From IMG/VR virus record IMGVR_UViG_3300032053_000047, positions 1 through 64,000 of that record: 64,000 nt of DNA. One strand, written 5' to 3'. The DNA comes from a virus. The notes below the pieces were generated by a model, which saw only the letters and a program-made list of their open reading frames with translations, made no database searches and was not told the DNA's origin. Positions 19,300 through 26,198 of the stretch are shown in pieces (positions within the stretch are counted from its first letter, which is position 1; each line of letters opens with the position of its first letter). The position numbers and the translations under genes are program-made.

Positions 19300-20270
19300 C
19301 CCAATCAGGTCCGGCCTTAGTAACACAATATTTATCAGCCAGCACGTATCCGGCAAAACTGATTGCCGATCCGGGTACGATTGCGATGATCAAACGCGGG
19401 TTTATCCCGCCCATTCACGTACAACTATCACCAACAAACCGTTGTACACGCGCCTGTAGTTTTTGCAACTGCCGGGGCCGCGACAAAGACGCCGAACTAT
19501 CATTAGCCCAGATCATGCAATGCCTCCGGGACTTTTTCTCGTTAGGTGCGCGGGCATTGACCATTACGGGCGGCGGCGAACCGCTTTGTTATCCCGATCT
19601 CGATGCCGTGATCGAGTTTGCTGCTAACCTCGGGTATGACGTGGGGCTGATCACAAACGGCGATTTACTGAGTGTGAAACCGTCAGATGCCGCGCTTCAC
19701 CGCCTAACATGGTGCCGGATCAGTGCAAGCGATGAAACGAATCAGATAGCCGCACTGGAAGAGCGTGTTGCCGCCCATTTTTCCGTTGACTGGGCGCTCA
19801 GTTATGTTGTCACGGCAAAATTCGATTCAAGTAACCTAATGGAACATATCGCATGGGCTGAACGCGCCAATATGACGCATATCCGCATCCTAGAAGATCA
19901 CACCAATCTCGGCAAGACGCTGGGCATTGAACAGGTTGAAGCGCTTGTCGGGGTTGACAATCCGCGCATCATCTACCAGCACCGAAAAGAGTTCTTCCGC
20001 GGTCCCGCTAATTGCCGGATCGGATTGCTCAAGCCCTATGTCGGCTCTGAAGGAAACATATACCCCTGTTGCGGAATCCAATTCGCCCTCGGTGATAAAC
20101 GATATGCTCTACCGAAAGAATTGTCTCTATGCGCTATTGAAGACATTAAAGAGTTCTGGCATAAGCCGACGCTATTCAACGGTTCCCAATGCGTCCAGTG
20201 CTACTATCAAATGTACAATGACGTACTGCGGATTCTCACTTCCAATATTGCGCATGGGGGGTTTCTATAA
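19296..20270 (+). CDS. radical SAM/SPASM-twitch protein
   Basis: CTRACSFC, TGGGEP, ITNG; C-terminal C..GNIYPCC..CVQC. Confidence 0.88.
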   Translation: MTQSGPALVTQYLSASTYPAKLIADPGTIAMIKRGFIPPIHVQLSPTNRCTRACSFCNCRGRDKDAELSLAQIMQCLRDFFSLGARALTITGGGEPLCYPDLDAVIEFAANLGYDVGLITNGDLLSVKPSDAALHRLTWCRISASDETNQIAALEERVAAHFSVDWALSYVVTAKFDSSNLMEHIAWAERANMTHIRILEDHTNLGKTLGIEQVEALVGVDNPRIIYQHRKEFFRGPANCRIGLLKPYVGSEGNIYPCCGIQFALGDKRYALPKELSLCAIEDIKEFWHKPTLFNGSQCVQCYYQMYNDVLRILTSNIAHGGFL

Positions 20271-20441
20271 ATGGCCGACAAACCCAGAACAATAAGCAGC
20301 GAGGAGTATCTGCGGCGTACTACCCAGTACGCGGCGGAATCTCAGGCCGAACGACTTGAAATGGAAAATAGTATGTTGCGGCAAGAAAACGAGGAACTGA
20401 AACGGCGGTTAAAGTGCAAAGATAAAAAGGAGATACGCTAA
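20271..20441 (+). CDS. small coiled-coil protein (absent from ORF track)
   Basis: 56-aa ORF MADKPRT... filling the gap; TAATG coupling to the next gene. Confidence 0.55.
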   Translation: MADKPRTISSEEYLRRTTQYAAESQAERLEMENSMLRQENEELKRRLKCKDKKEIR

Positions 20442-20767
20442 TGCGACAAGTAAGTTGGTATTTCAAGCAGATGTTACCGTTGCAATACAGGTCACGTTAT
20501 AGTGAGGATGACAATGAATGTATAGCCATTTGGCGTATGTGGTTTGGTCGCGTATTTTGGCACCGGGTTTTTGCATTCCCAAGTAGCGGGTTTATTACTA
20601 GGGAATTTGCCAAAGCCATGACGCGAATTAAAAAGTTACAGGGAGCGATTCTTGCAATTGAACGTGCGCCATTAACCGAAATGAATTCCGATCTACGAAC
20701 TGCAATCGGTGATGCAGTTAAGGTTGTATGGGAAGGTGCTAAATGCCTAAAGGAAGCGAATACGTGA
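20441..20767 (+). CDS. hypothetical protein
   Basis: AAGGAG SD. Confidence 0.6.
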   Translation: MRQVSWYFKQMLPLQYRSRYSEDDNECIAIWRMWFGRVFWHRVFAFPSSGFITREFAKAMTRIKKLQGAILAIERAPLTEMNSDLRTAIGDAVKVVWEGAKCLKEANT

Positions 20768-20771
20768 AATC

Positions 20772-21191
20772 ATGAAACAAATCTATATCGGCACATGGGC
20801 GCTTAGCTGGCGAAACGTTGACCTATATGGACGCGAAGAATACGGAGGACATGGCGATGTACTACCCAAGGACAAGGGCAATGCCAGACTCGAAATCTCT
20901 CTTGCGCCCAAAGAATGGGTTGATATTCTCTTTGCCCTGTTACATGAAACAGAAGAATTTCTATTAAACGAAGCTGGAGTAAGCTTCAGGAAGTTGCGCG
21001 ATTGTTCAAACGATACAGGGAATAGATACTTTCAGTTTTCCCATCAGGAACTTACTTCAATCAACGCCCATCAAGCCGACTTCATCGCAGCCTGTGAAGA
21101 CGCCGTGAAGAAGGCCTGGCGTGAGTTTAGGAAAAAACTCATGCCCCCTAAAGGCAAGAAGATTGCAAAAAAGAAAAAATCCACCAAATGA
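20772..21191 (+). CDS. hypothetical protein with HExxE metalloprotease-like motif
   Basis: ALLHETEE. Confidence 0.55.
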   Translation: MKQIYIGTWALSWRNVDLYGREEYGGHGDVLPKDKGNARLEISLAPKEWVDILFALLHETEEFLLNEAGVSFRKLRDCSNDTGNRYFQFSHQELTSINAHQADFIAACEDAVKKAWREFRKKLMPPKGKKIAKKKKSTK

Positions 21192-21463
21192 CTGCAACAG
21201 AAATTAGCGCACTCAATGCGACCGTAGACAAAATCCTCGGGGTTCTACAGGGTGAACCCGGCGAAACGGGACTTGTCAGTGAAGTTAAGGCTATTGGGGT
21301 AGAACTCGCTCAGCAAGGAGTCCGCCTTGAAATACACCTAACGGCACACAAGGAATGCGATACTAAAAAAGAAACTCGCATGTGGGATATATTTAAGACC
21401 ATACTTATTCCGCTTGCCGCCGGACTAGTTAGCGCAGCCCTCGTAGTATGGGGTCTAAAATGA
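21188..21463 (+). CDS. small protein with C-terminal TM helix (holin-like)
   Basis: ILIPLAAGLVSAALVVWGL. Confidence 0.55.
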   Translation: MTATEISALNATVDKILGVLQGEPGETGLVSEVKAIGVELAQQGVRLEIHLTAHKECDTKKETRMWDIFKTILIPLAAGLVSAALVVWGLK

Positions 21464-23337
21464 GCGCCCAGCGGGGTCGCCCCAACCTGCCGCCCGACGT
21501 GACGCGCGCGCAACAGGAACTTATCCGGGCATACCGAAATGCTACCCGGCGGCTAGAACGGCAACTCTCAGGAGCCGCCCTTACGGATTTCCAGCGGTTC
21601 CGAATCACCGAACAGCTTCAACAGATCCGAGTTATCATTGCAGCCCTTAATCAACAGGCCCAGGATGCCGCACAGCGCATGATCGGCCCATCCTATAGGG
21701 TAGGGATCAAACTGTCCGCGGACGCCCTTGTACGGGCTGGTATCGAAGTGAATATGGGCAATGTATTGGCTACTGAGGCTATTGCGGTTGTTGCCGATCA
21801 AATGGCGATGGATCTTATTGCTGCGAATGCCAGTTTGGAAATACAGGCGCGGCGGTTTTTGCGGCTTACGCAACAAAAGTTGCTCACTGAACAACAGATT
21901 AACCAAGGGATCGCCCGAGGGATTATCGAAGGTGAAACCCGGAAACAGGTGAGCGACCGGCTGTTGAAGCAGCTTAAGGGGAAGATGGAAGAAGGCGCAC
22001 GGATCGTTATCAAGTGCAAGGATGGCAAACTCCGGTCCTACGACCCGGCCCAATATGCCGAACTTGTAGCACGCACGCGCACGCGGGAAGCCGTTACGCA
22101 GGGGACGATCCGCACCGGCATGGACTATGAAGTCTACCTATTTCAGGTATCCGTGCATTCCGGGGCGTGTGAGATGTGTATCCCGTTTCAGGGCAAAGTG
22201 TTTGCTATAGTTGACGGTACGGGGTATCCGATACTAAAGGAAAGCCCCCCGTTTCATCCGAACTGCATTTTGCCGGAAACGCCTGTCTTTGCCCCTGGTA
22301 AGCGGGCCGCATTTGTTGCCGCCTACAACGGCCCGGTAATCGATATTATTCTGTCCAATTCCGCAAGGGTGTCCGTCACCCCGAATCACATGCTCCTGAC
22401 CCCGACCGGGTTCGCTTTTGCAAAGGATCTTTGCGAGGGACAAGAGGTACTCTATAGCACCGCCTTTGAGAATGTAGTATTTGGACACCCAAATAATAAC
22501 AACCGTCCATCCTTCATCGCGGATATAGTCGAATCGCTTTCTAAAACGAGCGGCATGTGCTCCAGTAGCGTGCCAGCTACCTCCGAAGATTTCCACGGCG
22601 ATGGGCGGTTCGTTAATAGCGACATCAATGTTATATGGGCCAATGGCCTTTTGCGAAGTAATATCGAATCCAAATCGGGCGAGGTGCCGAGCGAGAACGA
22701 TTTCGATGGGACTGACATTGCTCTGTTTGGTCTCACGTGTTGTCGCACGACGGCAAAGATGCTCAAAACTTTGGCGCTTGCCGCGGACGGCATCATGGGC
22801 GGCTTTCGTGATGGCTGCGCGGCCCTCTGGCCCCATCTTCGCCATGGCAATTTTGGTGGCTTCGCTTCCAGTACGCTTCTTAATTTTACCCCTGCGGAGA
22901 ATTCCATCAATGACGCACTGAATTGTTCCGAATTCACGCATCAATTCTCCTACACTCTCTCCGGCACAATAGCGCGAGCAAATCTCATTCGCGGGCAACA
23001 ACAGTCCCGGCCTTTGATTTCTCTTGATGCCCCGCCTTTTCAGGATGCCGTTAACATCAACGGGAAATTGTTTCTTGATTTCCTTAAACGGAATTCTAGC
23101 CAAATAGGCGTTGCACACGTCGTCTTTAAGGGAATTCGGCAATATTCTGGGCATGTCTATGATCTCCAAACTGATTCATCATTATACCTATGTAATGGCA
23201 TAGTATCAAGTAATTGCGGCCATGTCCTAACTGCCTTTATCCCCCGCGACGACGAACAAAACACCGCCCTGCGCCAGTTTTCCCACACCCGGGGGGGCGT
23301 TGCAGATTATGAGGAATACCAGGCCGCAATAGCTTAA
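21460..23337 (+). CDS. MuF/gp7-like minor head protein containing an intein
   Basis: YAELVARTRT, CEMCIPFQGK, PPFHPN|intein|CGH; splicing restores PPFHPNCGH. Confidence 0.88.
   Translation: MSAQRGRPNLPPDVTRAQQELIRAYRNATRRLERQLSGAALTDFQRFRITEQLQQIRVIIAALNQQAQDAAQRMIGPSYRVGIKLSADALVRAGIEVNMGNVLATEAIAVVADQMAMDLIAANASLEIQARRFLRLTQQKLLTEQQINQGIARGIIEGETRKQVSDRLLKQLKGKMEEGARIVIKCKDGKLRSYDPAQYAELVARTRTREAVTQGTIRTGMDYEVYLFQVSVHSGACEMCIPFQGKVFAIVDGTGYPILKESPPFHPNCILPETPVFAPGKRAAFVAAYNGPVIDIILSNSARVSVTPNHMLLTPTGFAFAKDLCEGQEVLYSTAFENVVFGHPNNNNRPSFIADIVESLSKTSGMCSSSVPATSEDFHGDGRFVNSDINVIWANGLLRSNIESKSGEVPSENDFDGTDIALFGLTCCRTTAKMLKTLALAADGIMGGFRDGCAALWPHLRHGNFGGFASSTLLNFTPAENSINDALNCSEFTHQFSYTLSGTIARANLIRGQQQSRPLISLDAPPFQDAVNINGKLFLDFLKRNSSQIGVAHVVFKGIRQYSGHVYDLQTDSSLYLCNGIVSSNCGHVLTAFIPRDDEQNTALRQFSHTRGGVADYEEYQAAIA
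22234..23154 (-). CDS. antisense DUF559/Vsr-like endonuclease with N-terminal DNA-binding repeats, nested in the intein
   Basis: SPIEIVL...IGPYNIDVA...IAVEIFGGSWH...RFDYIRDEGWTVVIIW; GGAG SD 9 nt before ATG 23154. Confidence 0.85.
   Translation of the reverse strand: MPRILPNSLKDDVCNAYLARIPFKEIKKQFPVDVNGILKRRGIKRNQRPGLLLPANEICSRYCAGESVGELMREFGTIQCVIDGILRRGKIKKRTGSEATKIAMAKMGPEGRAAITKAAHDAVRGKRQSFEHLCRRATTRETKQSNVSPIEIVLARHLARFGFDITSQKAIGPYNIDVAINEPPIAVEIFGGSWHATGAHAARFRKRFDYIRDEGWTVVIIWVSKYYILKGGAIEYLLSLAKILCKSEPGRGQEHVIRGDGHPCGIGQNNIDYRAVVGGNKCGPLTRGKDRRFRQNAVRMKRGAFL
22264..23214 (+). mobile_element. intein (317 aa)
   Basis: block A CILPETPV, block B VTPNH, block F HVYDLQT, block G NGIVSSN followed by Cys+1. 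Confidence 0.9.
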
Positions 23338-23346
23338 GCGGGTTTG

Positions 23347-23375
23347 TGGACAACTCAGGAAAGGTATGATATACT
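23347..23375 (+). promoter_or_regulatory. sigma70-type promoter
   Basis: TGGACA-17-TATACT with extended TGn. Confidence 0.65.
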
Positions 23376-23381
23376 ATTGCT

Positions 23382-23507
23382 GTGATTGGCTATGCCTGAC
23401 AAGCGTAAGGTCGTCGTCTAGCTGGCTTAGGACAGTTCCAAAAAGGCAGTTTGTCGCTGCTGAGTACCGAGAAAACGCGGGTCCGAATCCCGCCGACCAG
23501 CCATCAC
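23382..23507 (+). ncRNA. tRNA-like RNA (atypical)
   Basis: D-arm-like TCGTCTAGCTGGCTTAGGAC, T-arm GCGGG-TCCGAAT-CCCGC, stems GGTCG/CGACC and GTGATTGGCT/AGCCATCAC. Confidence 0.55.
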
Positions 23508-23548
23508 TCGCTTGCTTGAAAGCGATTTCCGCAATAACCTAACCCGCC

Positions 23549-23568
23549 TTTACCCAATCCGGTACAGT
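23549..23568 (+). promoter_or_regulatory. putative late promoter motif, copy 4
   Basis: TTTACC-N8-TACAGT. Confidence 0.5.
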
Positions 23569-23747
23569 CCCCCATGCTTAATCTAATCCGCTAATGCGGA
23601 GGTGGAAGGCCCGTGCAGGGCCTTTGTTGCCACTGAAATCGCGTATGCGCCGTAGGTGACTTGGTGGTGGTGAAATTCACCTACCATAGAATAGGTAGAA
23701 TTCTTGGCCCGCCAACATCATGGCGGGCCTTGTATTGTATTCGCCTC

Positions 23748-23768
23748 TTTACCTTCCCCGGTACACTT
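23748..23768 (+). promoter_or_regulatory. putative late promoter motif, copy 5
   Basis: TTTACC-N8-TACACT, 16 nt before ATG 23784. Confidence 0.6.
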
Positions 23769-23783
23769 CCCCACCCTATCCCC

Positions 23784-24080
23784 ATGTTGGACTCCTATCT
23801 GACAGATTCGATTGTGTGGGTTCAATCCACCGGAAACGATGAATTCGGCGATCCGCTGACTCCCACGTCCACCACGATCAAGGCCCGCGTCAATTGGGTT
23901 ACGAAACTCGTAACGGACTTTGCGGGCGAACAGGTGCTTGCCGCGGGTCACGTGGACATGAAATCCAAACCGTCCCACGCTGATAACCTCACGATTAGCG
24001 GGGTAGATCACATCATTATCCGTATCGAAGAACTCAAATCCTACTCCCGCGTCTGGGGATACCGGGTGTATTTCCAATGA
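23784..24080 (+). CDS. head-tail adaptor/closure protein
   Basis: DEFGDP motif; size and position. Confidence 0.7.
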   Translation: MLDSYLTDSIVWVQSTGNDEFGDPLTPTSTTIKARVNWVTKLVTDFAGEQVLAAGHVDMKSKPSHADNLTISGVDHIIIRIEELKSYSRVWGYRVYFQ

Positions 24081-24547
24081 GCGCCGAACGCGATCTATCT
24101 GCGGGCCTGGGCGCGGCTGATAAGGCCATGCGTGATGCGGCCATGTTCGGCATGGGCCGGGCAGGGTTGATGCTGTTACATGACTCAATTTTAGAACAGC
24201 CGACAGTGCCGAAAAAAGAGGGTGATCTACGCGGGTCAGGTTCAGTTCATGTACAGGGCAAGTTCCTAGAGGCATCCCCGGCTATCGGTATTGATTCAAC
24301 GCCAAACACGGCCAACATTGACCCGCCGATTGGCGACGTTATCGAAGCCACGGTCGGATTCAACAAACCCTATGCGGCTGTCCAGCATGAAGGCACATGG
24401 CAGACCGGCCCGCTGGCAGGTGTCCAGATCGTCAACTACACCGAACCGTCAAGTGGGCCGAAATTTCTTGAATCCAAAATGGCGGCACACGGCGAACGCT
24501 ATATAGAAGAGGCAGCGGACACCATGCGGCGGAGGATGGGATCATGA
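24077..24547 (+). CDS. neck/tail completion protein (HK97 gp10-like)
   Basis: VPKKEGDLRGSG, VGFNKPYAAVQHE, PKFLE. Confidence 0.8.
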   Translation: MSAERDLSAGLGAADKAMRDAAMFGMGRAGLMLLHDSILEQPTVPKKEGDLRGSGSVHVQGKFLEASPAIGIDSTPNTANIDPPIGDVIEATVGFNKPYAAVQHEGTWQTGPLAGVQIVNYTEPSSGPKFLESKMAAHGERYIEEAADTMRRRMGS

Positions 24548-24957
24548 TGAAATCCTTCTGCTGCTGGCTGGTAGATCAGCTTCCCACGGGCGATCTCGTA
24601 TTGGGTGATACATTGCACCGGGGGTTCATGCCGCAAGACGTTCCGAACCTTTGTACGGCAATTATGGAACGCACACCGGGCCGGACAAATCCATATCTAG
24701 ATCATCGGACGGAGAAATATTATCAGCTTTTGACGCGGGGACCCTCCTATACCGCCGCTGAAACTGAAGCCCGGAAAATCTATGCCGTTGTCATCAACCT
24801 TCGGGCGATTGATCTCACCCCTTATGTGAATACCGGCGAAGACATTTACACCATTCTGATTACTGAAGGCAATGAACCGGCGTATATCGGACAGGACCCG
24901 AAGAGCCGGTTTGTGTTCAGCGCAAACCTGACCCTGCGGGTCAAAAAGGAGAATTAA
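24544..24957 (+). CDS. tail terminator-like protein
   Basis: YQLLTRG..Y, PAYIGQD...FSANL. Confidence 0.7.
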   Translation: MMKSFCCWLVDQLPTGDLVLGDTLHRGFMPQDVPNLCTAIMERTPGRTNPYLDHRTEKYYQLLTRGPSYTAAETEARKIYAVVINLRAIDLTPYVNTGEDIYTILITEGNEPAYIGQDPKSRFVFSANLTLRVKKEN

Positions 24958-24958
24958 A

Positions 24959-25510
24959 ATGTTTCCAAGCACAGACCTTGGCCCGTGCGAAATATGGGCC
25001 GGAACTAACATTGCGGCTGCCGTCAAAATCTGCGACACCGTTGGCGGATTCAAACTCGGCTATACCGAAGAATACGCCGAAACCAAAATGGACAAAACAG
25101 GCAACCGCGGTCGATCTAAAGTAGTCATTGGCGGCGAATGCAAAGGCACTGGCGCAGCCGGTGAAGCAACTTTAACGCAGATTGCCGCACTAGCAGGTCA
25201 AACCGTTGATACCGGGGGTACTCGGCTCGCGTTAAATTCACGTATTGGCGATGACCTTCGGGCCGACGCCCAGCTTGTCGTGATCAAGCCGATCATCAAC
25301 AACGTAGTAAGTACTACGGCTGCCGACTGGTTCTATATCCCGGCGGCAACGTTTGAGGTCAACTGGGAGCTTGTGTGGGACGTTTCCGGCCAGCGCGTGT
25401 ATGGATTCGCTATCGAAGGCCATCCCGTAACAGAAGATGAAATAGTCACTGGCGGACGCCTCATATCGGACGGGTATGACGAAGGCGACATCCTCGTACT
25501 CGGCAACTAA
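24959..25510 (+). CDS. major tail tube protein
   Basis: LGPCEI, TVGGFKL; strong SD; position. Confidence 0.75.
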   Translation: MFPSTDLGPCEIWAGTNIAAAVKICDTVGGFKLGYTEEYAETKMDKTGNRGRSKVVIGGECKGTGAAGEATLTQIAALAGQTVDTGGTRLALNSRIGDDLRADAQLVVIKPIINNVVSTTAADWFYIPAATFEVNWELVWDVSGQRVYGFAIEGHPVTEDEIVTGGRLISDGYDEGDILVLGN

Positions 25511-25573
25511 TTTCAAATAATGGAACTGGGGGCCGGTATGGTCCGGCCCCCGCATACAACGGAGGTTTTACTT

Positions 25574-25897
25574 GTGGCTCGACACATGAATATTGATGAA
25601 TTGCCCTCGGCTAACGAAGCAGTGACGTTTACGCTTGGCGGCAAAATCTACACAATTACCGATTATAGCCGCGAGATGTACGGGCGAGTCCTTGCTATTG
25701 AAGAAGAGGGACAGGCGAGCAATCAGAACCCTGGCGCAATCCACGCAAAACAGTTGGCCATGATGACGGGCCAGCCGGAGGAAGAGTTCCTAGTTGTGAA
25801 TGATTTGCGCAAAACGGCAGCGGCAATTGGATTCGCCATGGGCGCCATTATCGAATCAGCGGATGCGGCCACAAATAGAAAAAAGCCGAGGCGGTAG
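25574..25897 (+). CDS. tail assembly chaperone (gpG-like)
   Basis: between tail tube and tape measure; ends at slippery A_AAA_AAG. Confidence 0.75.
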   Translation: MARHMNIDELPSANEAVTFTLGGKIYTITDYSREMYGRVLAIEEEGQASNQNPGAIHAKQLAMMTGQPEEEFLVVNDLRKTAAAIGFAMGAIIESADAATNRKKPRR

Positions 25898-26196
25898 CTG
25901 ATGTTTGGGGGACGTTCCCCGGATTTAGTTACCGTGAAATAAAGAGGCTTCCCGAACGCCCCATAGTGTTAGCGTCGTGGGTACGGCAGGCACAACGGAT
26001 TGAAGCACGCCGACAGTTAGACGCGATGACAGCAGCGGATATCCCATTTATGGATAACGACAAACGCGAAAAGTTGCGCAGAACGTTGATCCAGATCGCT
26101 GAGACAGAAGACATACGGGCGGAGGCCACGCAAGAAGCGCAGTGGGCGGCTAACCGCGAATCAGTACGGCGTGGGTTGAAGAGAAAAAGGATCTAG
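25879..26196 (+). CDS. -1 frameshift extension of tail chaperone (gpGT-like)
   Basis: AAAAAAG at 25879-25885; -1 frame open (AEAVADVWGTFPGFSY...) to 26196. Confidence 0.75.
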   Translation, partial: KKAEAVADVWGTFPGFSYREIKRLPERPIVLASWVRQAQRIEARRQLDAMTAADIPFMDNDKREKLRRTLIQIAETEDIRAEATQEAQWAANRESVRRGLKRKRI

Positions 26197-26198
26197 TC

